Origin: Carboxydocellales bacterium
GTDB lineage: Bacteria > Bacillota > GCA-003054495 > Carboxydocellales > JAJZTU01
Length of the DNA: 64,000 nucleotides
NCBI GenBank assembly: GCA_049302075.1
Contig: JBAQLS010000025.1
Location: forward strand, 125,378 to 189,377
Reading direction: 5' to 3'
The stretch's first letter is position 1; every line of letters begins with the position of its first letter. The notes beneath the pieces are model-generated. The model was not told the origin of the DNA and did not search any database. It saw only the letters and a list, made by a program, of their open reading frames with translations. This document shows, in pieces, positions 27,673 through 36,525 of this stretch. The translations under genes and the position numbers were made by a program.

Positions 27673-28929
27673 GTGAGCTACATGGATAAGGAGTTAGCCC
27701 AAAACATCTTGGATAGTGTTAATTTAGGCCTGGTCTATACGGATCAACTAGGCTTGGTTACCTATTGCAACCCAGCTGCCGCCAAGCTGCTGAACATACC
27801 CCGGGGAAATTTGCTGGGTAAACACCTAGCAAACTATGTACTAACCCCACCTTTTAACACCCCGAAAATTCAAAGTATAGCAGAGCAGGCTATTCAGCAC
27901 CTTTCCACTCCAGTACACAACAACCGGGGTGAGTTGACGGGAGTAATTGTAGTGCTAAATAATATAACTGAACTCATCCACACCCAACAGCAATTAATCA
28001 ACTCCAGGGATGAGCTTAAAATACTCCACGAGGCAGCCCAATTAATGAATTCTAGCCTGGAATTAAAAAATATTCTCAACAAGCTATTGGAAATCATTAA
28101 GAGAGTGGTGGATTATTATTGTTGCCGCATTTACCTCTTTCAACAGCTAACTGGAGAATTAAGACTAGAGGCTGAATATGAGCAGCAACTGGACAGCTGC
28201 CAACAACCTTCTGAAGCTTTGTTAGCGCAAATATTTACCACTGGGATAACCATTTCCCAAGCAGGAGAACTGAGTAGTCTAACTATTCCCCTAATCAGAG
28301 GGCAGGAGAAGTTAGGGGTTATTTGTATCAGACTTGCTAATTCTGTAGAGGTACCGGAAAATGTCCAGCGCTTATTAATGAATCTAGCCGATTTAGCCTG
28401 TTTAGCCATTAAAAATGGCCAAAGATTTCAGCGTACCCATGAACTAGCAACCATTGACGGCTTAACTAAGTTATACAACCGTCAATATTTTGAGATGATT
28501 ATTAAACGGGAAATTAACCGTTCCCAACGCTTCCAGACCAACCTTAGCATGGTAATGGTTGATGTTAATGGTCTGAAGGAGATTAACGATAGACTAGGTC
28601 ATTCTGTAGGTGATGAAATATTAATCCAGACTGCTAGTATTCTGCAACAAGCAGTACGGAGCATAGACTATGTATTCCGGTACGGTGGAGACGAAATGGT
28701 AATTGTGTTGCTCGATGCGGATGAACAGACTACCGGTAGGGTAGTTCAGCGTATCAGAGAGAGAGAGACTAAGTGGAACCTGCAACGGGAGCAATCCCTG
28801 CCAACCTTGTCCCTAAGTATTGGTCTTGCCGTAACTACTGGTGATAAAACAGCGGAGGAATTATTAGATCTGGCCGATCAGCGGATGTATGAGGATAAGG
28901 AGCAGCATTACCGGGATACAGGCTGTTGA
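27673..28929 (+). CDS. PAS-GAF-GGDEF diguanylate cyclase-family protein (motif reads GGDEM)
   Basis: DGLTKLYNRQYF.. and ..RYGGDEMVIV.. The last two codons (G-C) and the stop lie in the repeat element. Confidence 0.85.
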   Translation: MSYMDKELAQNILDSVNLGLVYTDQLGLVTYCNPAAAKLLNIPRGNLLGKHLANYVLTPPFNTPKIQSIAEQAIQHLSTPVHNNRGELTGVIVVLNNITELIHTQQQLINSRDELKILHEAAQLMNSSLELKNILNKLLEIIKRVVDYYCCRIYLFQQLTGELRLEAEYEQQLDSCQQPSEALLAQIFTTGITISQAGELSSLTIPLIRGQEKLGVICIRLANSVEVPENVQRLLMNLADLACLAIKNGQRFQRTHELATIDGLTKLYNRQYFEMIIKREINRSQRFQTNLSMVMVDVNGLKEINDRLGHSVGDEILIQTASILQQAVRSIDYVFRYGGDEMVIVLLDADEQTTGRVVQRIRERETKWNLQREQSLPTLSLSIGLAVTTGDKTAEELLDLADQRMYEDKEQHYRDTGC

Positions 28930-29037
28930 AATTCCCCGTCTAGCTTTGTCAACATAACTGACAAGGAACTCAAGGTACAGCAGTACGTCTGCGGTTTTAT
29001 CATAGCGGGTTTTCGTGCTAAACGGTTTTTCTAACAC
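28919..29037 (+). repeat. Degenerate copy of the intergenic repeat
   Basis: The 5' end CAGGCTGTTGAAATTCCCCGTCTAGCTTTGTCA is intact. The internal stem and 3' TIR are decayed (..AACGGTTTTTCTAACACC). Confidence 0.7.
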
Positions 29038-29055
29038 CCTAAGTGACTATAAAAT

Positions 29056-29096
29056 AAGCTCTCTGAGAACGAGAAGTCGCTATCTGGGAGCTTTTT
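29056..29096 (+). terminator. Probable terminator of the GGDEF gene
   Basis: AAGCTCTC ... GGGAGCTT forms an 8-bp stem with one wobble and a 22-nt loop, followed by TTTT. Confidence 0.45.
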
Positions 29097-29324
29097 ACTA
29101 TATAAAACACGATATACCTGTAACGAAATAAATAAGATGTTCAGCTATTTCTCAGTGCTGCCCCGCCAATAATTATTGACCTTAATGTTGTGGTGAAGAA
29201 AAATATTCAAATTCCAAGGGGTAGAAGTTAGAAGTGTGTGTAAAAAGGCAATCAAAATTGATTTGCTGAGGAAATTATAGTGTATAATATAAATATAGTA
29301 AAAATGAATAGAGAGGTGCTTTAA

Positions 29325-30641
29325 GTGTTTATTAACGAGCTTTATCTTAAGAATTTCAGAGGATTTGATGAAAAAATCTTTAGATTTGATAAACGCTTTT
29401 CTGTGTTTGCTGGTGAAAATGGCAGTGGGAAAACTGCAGTATTGGAAGGATTATGCGTTGCATTAGGTGGTTGGTTATTCGGCTTTGATGGTCTTGAAGG
29501 GAAAGACAAAAGAAATATTTATAAAAATGATATAAGGAAGATTTCAGCAAAAGTATCTTCTGCAATATTGCCTCAAACTCCTGTACAGGTTAAATGTTTA
29601 ACAAAATATAGGGACAGAAATATTGAGTGGAGTAGAAGTGTAGATAAGGTAGGTGGACATACAACATACGGTGGATTGAGCGAGGTTAATAAAGTTACTA
29701 AAGAAATTAGCAACAAAATTTATAAAGCTGAAGATACAGAAATAATATTGCCTATTGTAGCTTATTATAGTGCTGCAAGGTTATGGTCTGAACCAATACA
29801 AAAAAGCAAAAACTATCAAAAGGAAACAATACGTATAAAGGGTTATTCAAGGGCATTAAGTTTCGGACAATCTATTGATAATGTTATGAAATACATTGAC
29901 ATATTAGCACATAGGGCAAACAAGAATCCAGATGACAGTGCTGAATTTGATGCAATAATGGAAGCCTTAAAAAAATGTTTGGATAATATAGTTTCAAATG
30001 TAAAAATTGATTACGATATAAAATCTGCGGAAATCGTAGTAATTCATAATGAAAACTTAAAACTTCATTATTCACAATTAAGCGATGGGTATCGTTGTAT
30101 GATAAGCTTAATTGCTGATATTGCATATAAAATGTCAATATTAAACCCACATCTCAAAGAATTTGCTATTGCCGAAACCACAGGTGTTGTCTTAATTGAT
30201 GAACTAGATTTACATCTGCATCCTAAGTGGCAGCGGGTAGTTGTAAACGATCTTAAAAAAATATTCCCGAAGGTGCAATTTATAGCTACAACACATTCGC
30301 CTTTCATAATTCAATCATTAGAAGATGGTGAACTTATCACATTAGATAGAAGTATAGATATCGAGTACTCTGGAGAAAGCATTGAAGACATTGCTGAAGA
30401 CGTTATGGGAATTGAAATCCCACAATATAGCAAACACAAGCAATCTATGTATGAAGCAGCATCTAAATATTTTGCTGCCCTGAACAATGTTACAACTAAA
30501 GTAGATGTGGAGGAATTAAAGGTAGAGTTGGATTTGTTATCTGCAAAATATGGTGACAACGTAGCTTATTATGCTTTTATTGAACAGAAATATTATGCAA
30601 AAAAAGCTGAGTTGGAGGAAAAAAATGAGACCTGTAGATAA
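29325..30641 (+). CDS. ptuA: Septu-like defense ATPase (PtuA-type ABC/SMC-like AAA ATPase)
   Basis: FRGF..FSVFAGENGSGKTAVLEGL (Walker A), VVLIDELDLHLHP (Walker B) and ATTHSP. The gene is AT-rich and its 3' end overlaps the HNH gene by 17 nt. Confidence 0.7.
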   Translation: MFINELYLKNFRGFDEKIFRFDKRFSVFAGENGSGKTAVLEGLCVALGGWLFGFDGLEGKDKRNIYKNDIRKISAKVSSAILPQTPVQVKCLTKYRDRNIEWSRSVDKVGGHTTYGGLSEVNKVTKEISNKIYKAEDTEIILPIVAYYSAARLWSEPIQKSKNYQKETIRIKGYSRALSFGQSIDNVMKYIDILAHRANKNPDDSAEFDAIMEALKKCLDNIVSNVKIDYDIKSAEIVVIHNENLKLHYSQLSDGYRCMISLIADIAYKMSILNPHLKEFAIAETTGVVLIDELDLHLHPKWQRVVVNDLKKIFPKVQFIATTHSPFIIQSLEDGELITLDRSIDIEYSGESIEDIAEDVMGIEIPQYSKHKQSMYEAASKYFAALNNVTTKVDVEELKVELDLLSAKYGDNVAYYAFIEQKYYAKKAELEEKNETCR

Positions 30642-31323
30642 AGGAGCGTCACCATACGACAGAATTAATCATTATACGGATGCCCAACCTTACTTAGAGA
30701 ATAGAATTGGGATTTACTGTTCTTATTGTGAGTTACCACTAAGACATACCCCTCATGTAGAACATAAGGAATCCAAAAATAGTGGCGGTGCATTGACTGA
30801 TTGGAAAAATCTACTATTTTCTTGTGTTTATTGTAATAGCAGAAAGTTAGAAAAAATAAAAGCTGGACAAGCAAATCTTTGTATTTGGCCTGATAACGAT
30901 AACACATTTATGGCATACAATTACGAAAATGGAATGCCAACTTTGAATGATTCCTACCTTTCACAACTAGGGCAGGCTACATATGATAAAGCCAAAAAAC
31001 TTTTTGATATAGTGATGCTAGATAATGTACCTTCAAACCCGAAAGATAAAGATAGACGTTGGAAAAATAGAGTGGAAGCGTACAGTATTGCAAAGGATCT
31101 ACTTAGTGATTGGATAGTTATGAAGGAAACAGAATATAAGGATAAAACCATTAAAAGTATTAAAAATAATGCTATTTATTCAGGCTTTTTCTCAGTTTGG
31201 ATGACGGTTTTTAAAGACGAGGTTGAAATTAAGAATAAACTAATTGATGTTTTTATTGGAGCAGCAAAAAATTGTTTCGATGCAAATGGTAATCCTATAA
31301 GAAGAAATGGTGGAATTATATAA
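30625..31323 (+). CDS. ptuB: Septu-like HNH endonuclease (PtuB / TIGR02646-type)
   Basis: CSYCE..HVEHK..NLLFSCVYCNSRK is an HNH/Zn-finger pattern. GGAGGA lies 5 nt before ATG 30625; the track start at 30571 is probably too early. Confidence 0.7.
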   Translation: MRPVDKGASPYDRINHYTDAQPYLENRIGIYCSYCELPLRHTPHVEHKESKNSGGALTDWKNLLFSCVYCNSRKLEKIKAGQANLCIWPDNDNTFMAYNYENGMPTLNDSYLSQLGQATYDKAKKLFDIVMLDNVPSNPKDKDRRWKNRVEAYSIAKDLLSDWIVMKETEYKDKTIKSIKNNAIYSGFFSVWMTVFKDEVEIKNKLIDVFIGAAKNCFDANGNPIRRNGGII

Positions 31324-31367
31324 TTTCTGAACATATTTAACAATCGGTTATAATATTTAATTACAAA

Positions 31368-31403
31368 GGGGGCTGCCTCAAATTTAAGAGGCGGCCTCCT
31401 TTT
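31368..31403 (+). terminator. Rho-independent terminator of the ptuAB pair
   Basis: GGGGGCTGCCTC-AAATTTAA-GAGGCGGCCTCC followed by TTTTC. Confidence 0.7.
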
Positions 31404-31519
31404 CTCTGGAGAAACAAAGAGATTGCAGGTGAGATATGAAATTGCTAATCGGAAGTTAATGAATTTTTTGCGTTAATGATTTAGAAGAAATTAGCAACTT
31501 CGACCCAGTTGATAGCATA

Positions 31520-32023
31520 TCAACCAAAAGGATGTAAAGGATGCTCAAGGGATCGACTCCACATTTCCACCCCAAAGGCCCCAAAGTTTACTAACCGGTT
31601 AGCAACTTCATTACTTTTCGAGCTATCTGTTTCCGTTAGCACCAGAGTACAGTTACTACCTACTTTATCCTGATAATAATTGGCTTGCTCCAAGTCAACT
31701 CCGTAATAAGCCAGAACCTGGCTTAAACTTTTATCCCCCTGAATCAACGCACCACCCACCGGACCGGCTGCAGCAGCATTACCCTACTGAGGGAGCTCAA
31801 GATTAGCGGTCTGAATCCAAAGTACGTCCAGGTCTTTAAGGGGGTGGTTATTTCCATAGGTAAGCTCATCGGCAAATTCCTCTTGAGTATTAAATTCTGC
31901 CCCTTGGTGATTTCTCTTGGTGACTAGAGAAAACTGACTGGAGCCCAGATGGGGACTGAGCTTTAGCACTGCCTCGATAGCTCCAGCTAAATTGTCGAAT
32001 AAACCCACCACTGTCCTATTCAT
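31520..32023 (-). pseudogene. YflT/general-stress-protein-17M-like gene interrupted by one in-frame TAG (31784-31786)
   Basis: The two track ORFs (31784-32062 and 31520-31759) are in the same frame. They are separated only by TAG plus GNAAAAGP, a Gly/Ala linker typical of this family. The N-terminal part MNRTVVGLFDN..AIEAV and the C-terminal part ..YGVDLEQANYYQDKV..LVL fit one protein. Confidence 0.55.
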
Positions 32024-32174
32024 ATTTTCTACATTCCCCCCAACCTTTATTATGCTTAGCATTTGCCGGGGGGCTGATTTTATTCGTGCAGCAAAAAATC
32101 CTTAAAACTATGGGGACAACAAGAATTTATACTCGGGCATGCATAAAATGTAGCCACATCCAGAATAAATAATT

Positions 32175-32465
32175 GTGAGCAAACTGCTCACCAAGAAAAT
32201 AAGACAATCGGAGGAGGAAAAATTCATGCCAACATGCAAGGTATGTGGAAACACCACTCATTTCGGGTGCTCACAGTGCCCTCCTGAAGCTCCGGAAGCC
32301 AATGGTCCCGCCTCTTCACTTATGGCCAACTTCGACCAGGAAGGTTATTTAGACTATTTTGAAAGCCTTGGTGCGGAAGAGGAAATTACCCAGCATGCCT
32401 GGGAAGATCCCCAGGGTTATTTCGACATGTGTATGGAATGTGGCTCCAATAATGTAGAGTGGTAA
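32175..32465 (+). CDS. Small Cys-rich (split zinc-ribbon) protein (likely start ATG 32226)
   Basis: CKVCGN..CSQC at the N-terminus and CMECGS at the C-terminus. GGAGGAGG precedes ATG 32226. Confidence 0.5.
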   Translation: MSKLLTKKIRQSEEEKFMPTCKVCGNTTHFGCSQCPPEAPEANGPASSLMANFDQEGYLDYFESLGAEEEITQHAWEDPQGYFDMCMECGSNNVEW

Positions 32466-32598
32466 AGTTTTTAATACTTAGGAAATTATGATTTCAGAAA
32501 AGCTGTGGAAAATTTCCTGAGTATGGGGTTCTTAAGGGGAGCATCCCCTTATGTTCAGTAGGAGGGTCACAGCGATAGCGACCTAGGGAACCTGGGTT

Positions 32599-32680
32599 CC
32601 CTGGGTACAAGAAAATTGACTTCCATATAAATAAATTCGACGCAGTCGATTTTCTTGTCCCAGGGTTGTTTTTAATTTTT
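32599..32680 (+). terminator. Long hairpin plus T-tract: terminator of the upstream small gene or attenuator of cobO
   Basis: CCTGGGTACAAGAAAAT / ATTTTCTTGTCCCAGG is about 16 bp with one bulge, followed by TTGTTTTTAATTTTT. Confidence 0.5.
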
Positions 32681-32759
32681 CCGAAAAAAAGCAGGTAAAC
32701 ACTGGGTATTTGCCGAATAGAAAACTCGTTGTAGCAATGAACCAAGGAGGCGGATAGGG

Positions 32760-33356
32760 GTGCAGAGACCAAGGCTTACCCAGGGTTTAATTCAAGTTTA
32801 TACCGGAAATAGCAAAGGAAAATCCACTGCGGCCTTTGGACTGGTTACCAGGGCCATCGGTCATGGATTTAAAGCTTATATCATCCAGTTCATGAAGGGT
32901 AGCCCCTATTATGGGGAAATAGCTACCTGGCAGCGGTTGTACCCACAAGTACAGTTTAGCCAATACGGACGGGTTTGTCCCCGCAGCACCTTGATTCGTC
33001 AGGGTGAGGCAACCTGTATTGGTTGTGGTCAGTGCTTTGTGTTAAAAGGACAAGCTACCGAAGCTGACCTCCAAGGGGGAGAACTGGCTCTAGCCAAAGC
33101 CAAAGCAATAATGCTAAGTGACGAATTTGATGTGTTGGTTTTGGATGAACTTAATAACGCCTTATATTTTGATCTTTTACAGATAGAAGCGGTTTTAGAA
33201 GTTTTACGTCTAAAACCACCACAAGTTGAGGTAGTGATTACCGGCCGTAATGCCCCACCGGAAATCATCGAAATCGCCGATTTAGTTACCGAGATGAAGG
33301 AGATTAAACATCCCTTCAACCAGGGTATTCCTAGCCGGCGTGGTATTGAGTATTAG
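32760..33356 (+). CDS. cobO: Cob(I)yrinic acid a,c-diamide adenosyltransferase (CobO/BtuR type)
   Basis: QVYTGNSKGKSTAAFG..IIQFMKG.. and ..LVLDELN.. motifs. Confidence 0.85.
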   Translation: MQRPRLTQGLIQVYTGNSKGKSTAAFGLVTRAIGHGFKAYIIQFMKGSPYYGEIATWQRLYPQVQFSQYGRVCPRSTLIRQGEATCIGCGQCFVLKGQATEADLQGGELALAKAKAIMLSDEFDVLVLDELNNALYFDLLQIEAVLEVLRLKPPQVEVVITGRNAPPEIIEIADLVTEMKEIKHPFNQGIPSRRGIEY

Positions 33357-33373
33357 GGAGGAGGACGGCTGGT

Positions 33374-33838
33374 ATGGTCAAAGTGCGAGTAGGGGAGGAT
33401 TTAGCCCATAGTGATATTCGGGTTAAGGTTAGGCTTGATTTTAAAGGCAGCAGCAAGCCCGGTCGCTTCATCTTCGGAGGTAAGCCTACCGAAAAGGTTG
33501 CCGAAGAGCTCCGGGAGCACCAGGCCGCCTTTCTGCGGAATGTACCCCTCCAAGGAGTGCGGATAGAAGACTTGGATTTAAGCATGGATGTTTACACTGT
33601 AGTGGACGAAGTGGAGAATCGAGAAGTAGCCTATGCTCCTATCAGTTTGGTGGTTAGGGCGGATTCCCTAGAGGATTTGCTAATGTTTGTAGCTAGGGAT
33701 GAATTTCGCAAAATCGAAATTTTAGAACCAACAGAAATAGTGATGAATAGGTTTGACGTGGAGCGATTGCTCTTTGGGATGAACCGGGAAATAGTGAAAT
33801 ATCGGGATAATCTAGAAAAGAAGCTGAACTCCAGATAA
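33374..33838 (+). CDS. Hypothetical protein
   Basis: GGGAGGAGG precedes the ATG. I recognise no family. Confidence 0.5.
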   Translation: MVKVRVGEDLAHSDIRVKVRLDFKGSSKPGRFIFGGKPTEKVAEELREHQAAFLRNVPLQGVRIEDLDLSMDVYTVVDEVENREVAYAPISLVVRADSLEDLLMFVARDEFRKIEILEPTEIVMNRFDVERLLFGMNREIVKYRDNLEKKLNSR

Positions 33839-33939
33839 TCTCGAACTTAAAGGCCGGGGTTTACTTCCCCGGCCACAGTTATTTTATAAAACCATTTTTA
33901 TCACAGATAGGTTGCTATGCAACCCTTATAGCAATTAGT

Positions 33940-34108
33940 CAAACGGTTTTTTTATACCCGAGTAAGCTGTTAAAAAACCCGTATAGCACGAAAAAAGCTA
34001 TTACAAAACCACAGGCGTACTCTTTGTACGTCGAGGATTTTGTAATAGCTTTTGACAAAGCTAGACGGGGAATTTTAACAGCCGTATAGGCGGGGAATTT
34101 TAACAGCC
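33940..34108 (-). repeat. Full-length repeat copy in reverse orientation, plus duplicated terminal 20-mer fragments
   Basis: AAGCTGTTAAAAAACCCGTATAGCACG...GCTAGACGGGGAATTTTAACAGCC. The internal stem is AAGCTATTACAAAA / TTTTGTAATAGCTT, and an extra GGCGGGGAATTTTAACAGCC lies at 34089-34108. Confidence 0.8.
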
Positions 34109-34118
34109 GTAAAGAGAG

Positions 34119-34508
34119 GTGATTGGTCTGAGCCAGACTAAAGATATTTTAACAGGATTAGCTGTCATCATGGTTTGCTTCTTACTAGGAGAAACTATTG
34201 CAAGGTATAGCGGCTTACCATTCCCCGGTAATCTACTAGGCTTTGTCATTTTACTGGCTGGACTAATTTCCGGCGTGGTAAAGCTGGCTTGGGTGGAGCG
34301 CACGGCTAATTTTTTTGTGCAAAACTTAACGCTGTTGTTAATTCCACTCCCAGTAGGATTAATGGTGGAATGGCAGCTTTTTTCCCAGGACTTGCTGGCG
34401 ATCACGGTCAGTATTGTTGTCAGCACTTTTATTGTCATGGGGATAACCGCCAAGCTAATGGAAGTTTTACAGGGGAGGGTGAGCAACCGTGCAAACAGGA
34501 GCAATTGA
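34119..34508 (+). CDS. lrgA: CidA/LrgA-family holin-like protein
   Basis: Small 4-TM protein overlapping an LrgB-family gene. Confidence 0.8.
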   Translation: MIGLSQTKDILTGLAVIMVCFLLGETIARYSGLPFPGNLLGFVILLAGLISGVVKLAWVERTANFFVQNLTLLLIPLPVGLMVEWQLFSQDLLAITVSIVVSTFIVMGITAKLMEVLQGRVSNRANRSN

Positions 34509-35184
34509 TCCCCAGATTTTCAGCATAACTTTAACTCTGGTTGGTTATTGGTTGGCCAGAGAACTGTATATTCGCCGAGCTTGGGCGTTATTTAACCCCC
34601 TGTTAGTAGCTCCAGTGCTGATAATAGCAGTTCTTTATTTCGGGGGGATGCCTTATGCCAGCTATCTGCCTGGGGCTAAGCTGATTACCTTTTTCCTGGG
34701 TCCAGCCACTGTAGCTTTAGCCGTCCCTATGTATAAGCAACTGCCCGCTGTAAAAAAACACCTGGGGGCTATTTTAGTGAGTATTGGGGTAGGCTCAGTA
34801 GTAGGAATTGTTGCCACTGTAGGGATTTCCCGGTTGCTAGGTGCTAGCTCCATTATTGCTATTTCCTTAGCAGCTAAATCCACTACATCACCCATTGCCG
34901 TAGGGATAACCCAAAACTTAGGTGGGAATACCGCCTTGGTTGTTATAGCGGTAGTCATCACCGGTATTCTGGGTGGGGTTGCCGGCCCGGAGTTTCTCAA
35001 GCTGCTAGGGGTGAAAGACGCTATTGCTATCGGACTGGGGATGGGCGCAGCCTCCCATGTGGGTGGAACATCTCGGGCGGTACAGCTAGGAGAATTAGAA
35101 GGTTCAATGAGCGGAGCTGCAATTGCCTTCATGGGTATTGGTACTGCTGTAGCAGCGCCTTGGTTACTTAGGTGGTTGCTCTAA
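34489..35184 (+). CDS. lrgB: LrgB/CidB-family membrane protein
   Basis: Polytopic membrane protein paired with lrgA, including an ..AKSTTSPIA.. segment. Confidence 0.8.
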   Translation: MQTGAIDPQIFSITLTLVGYWLARELYIRRAWALFNPLLVAPVLIIAVLYFGGMPYASYLPGAKLITFFLGPATVALAVPMYKQLPAVKKHLGAILVSIGVGSVVGIVATVGISRLLGASSIIAISLAAKSTTSPIAVGITQNLGGNTALVVIAVVITGILGGVAGPEFLKLLGVKDAIAIGLGMGAASHVGGTSRAVQLGELEGSMSGAAIAFMGIGTAVAAPWLLRWLL

Positions 35185-35209
35185 AGCATATAGTGAGGGA
35201 GGCCAAAAG

Positions 35210-36451
35210 ATGGATGCAGAGGTGATAGTCATTGGTGCCGGGGCTGCTGGAATGCTGGCTGCTGGCACGGCGGCTGCTTACGGAGCTCGGGTAGTGGTGT
35301 TGGAAAAGATGGAAGCCCCGGGTAAGAAAATATTAATTACTGGCAAAGGCCGCTGTAATATTACTAATTTTTGTGATCGGGAGGAACTGCTGCAAAACAT
35401 TCCGAATAATCCCAAGTTCCTCTATGGAGCGGTGCAAGCCTTTTCCATTCAGGAATGTATCGACTTTTTTAACCGCCTTGGTGTACCAACAAAAGTTGAA
35501 CGAGGCAACCGGGTATTTCCCCAGTCGGATCAAGCCGGAGATGTAGTTAATGCTTTATTACGCCACTTACGGGAGACCGGGGTTGTACTTCGCCTAAATG
35601 CGGCTGTCCAGGGGCTGCAAGTTATTCCCGGTGGCTTGGGAGTAAAATTAGCCACAGGAGAGTTGCTAAAGGCCGCTAAAGTGATTATCGCTACCGGAGG
35701 CCTCTCTGCTCCTGGGACAGGTTCAACGGGTGATGGGTATCGGTGGGCTGAGCAGCTTGGCCATTTAATCCAGCCGCTGCAACCCTCCATAGTACCTCTG
35801 GAAACCAGAGAAGACTGGGTTAAAGAAGCTCAAGGACTAACTTTAAAGAATATTGAGGCTGCCGTCACTGTCCAAGGTAAGGTGCTGGCTAAAGAATTTG
35901 GCGAATTACTATTTACCCACTGGGGTGTTTCCGGTCCGGTGGTTTTGACCTTAAGTAATTGGGCTGTTCCCGCCTTAGCTCAGGGCAAACCAGTGCAATT
36001 ACTAATTGACCTTAAACCCGCCCTGACCACTGAACAGTTAGACCAGCGCATTCAACGGGATTTCACCCAGAATATTCGTAAGCAATACAAAAATTCCCTT
36101 AGTGAACTGCTGCCAAAGTCGCTAATCGCTCCAATTATCCGGCTTTCCGGCATTCCCGAGGACAAATTTATTCACCAGATTACGCGGGAGGAACGGTTCA
36201 AGCTAGTAAATTTGCTCAAAGGGCTCTCTATAACAATCAGTAAGGCTAGACCAGTCCGGGAAGCGGTAATTACCGCCGGTGGAGTTAGTATTAAAGAGGT
36301 TAACCCGAAAACTATGGAGTCCAAGTTAGTTCCGGGCCTGTATTTTGCAGGTGAAATTTTGGATGTCCATGGGTTCACTGGAGGCTTTAACCTCCAAATT
36401 GCCTGGTCTACTGGCTTTGTAGCCGGCAAAGCTGCCGCTGGTGGGGCATAA
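35210..36451 (+). CDS. HI0933/BaiN-like NAD(P)/FAD-dependent oxidoreductase
   Basis: VIGAGAAGM dinucleotide fold and the GKGRCNITN family signature. Confidence 0.8.
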   Translation: MDAEVIVIGAGAAGMLAAGTAAAYGARVVVLEKMEAPGKKILITGKGRCNITNFCDREELLQNIPNNPKFLYGAVQAFSIQECIDFFNRLGVPTKVERGNRVFPQSDQAGDVVNALLRHLRETGVVLRLNAAVQGLQVIPGGLGVKLATGELLKAAKVIIATGGLSAPGTGSTGDGYRWAEQLGHLIQPLQPSIVPLETREDWVKEAQGLTLKNIEAAVTVQGKVLAKEFGELLFTHWGVSGPVVLTLSNWAVPALAQGKPVQLLIDLKPALTTEQLDQRIQRDFTQNIRKQYKNSLSELLPKSLIAPIIRLSGIPEDKFIHQITREERFKLVNLLKGLSITISKARPVREAVITAGGVSIKEVNPKTMESKLVPGLYFAGEILDVHGFTGGFNLQIAWSTGFVAGKAAAGGA

Positions 36452-36525
36452 ATGGTTATGGGTCGGTTAATGGGCATACTTGGCTTTAATCCCTCATAGG
36501 ATGAACAATACAAGGGGGGATTAAG

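Noticed and set aside
28930-29324. A retron (RT plus msr/msd) associated with the ATPase-HNH pair
   Set aside because: The window near the pair contains no reverse-transcriptase ORF. The upstream 395 nt contain only a decayed repeat copy, a terminator and a promoter-like AT-rich stretch.
32500-32759. A cobalamin riboswitch upstream of cobO
   Set aside because: I could not find the B12 box or the conserved core motifs by eye. The region is kept only as an unexplained structured leader.
32494-32772. A 92-aa minus-strand ORF upstream of cobO
   Set aside because: It coincides with the hairpin-rich leader and terminator region and runs into the cobO start. A structured noncoding region is the more likely explanation.
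34100-34504. The 134-aa minus-strand ORF antisense to lrgA, and 34662-35132 antisense to lrgB
   Set aside because: The + strand ORFs have the expected LrgA/LrgB membrane topology, operon overlap and RBS. The antisense frames are compositional artefacts.
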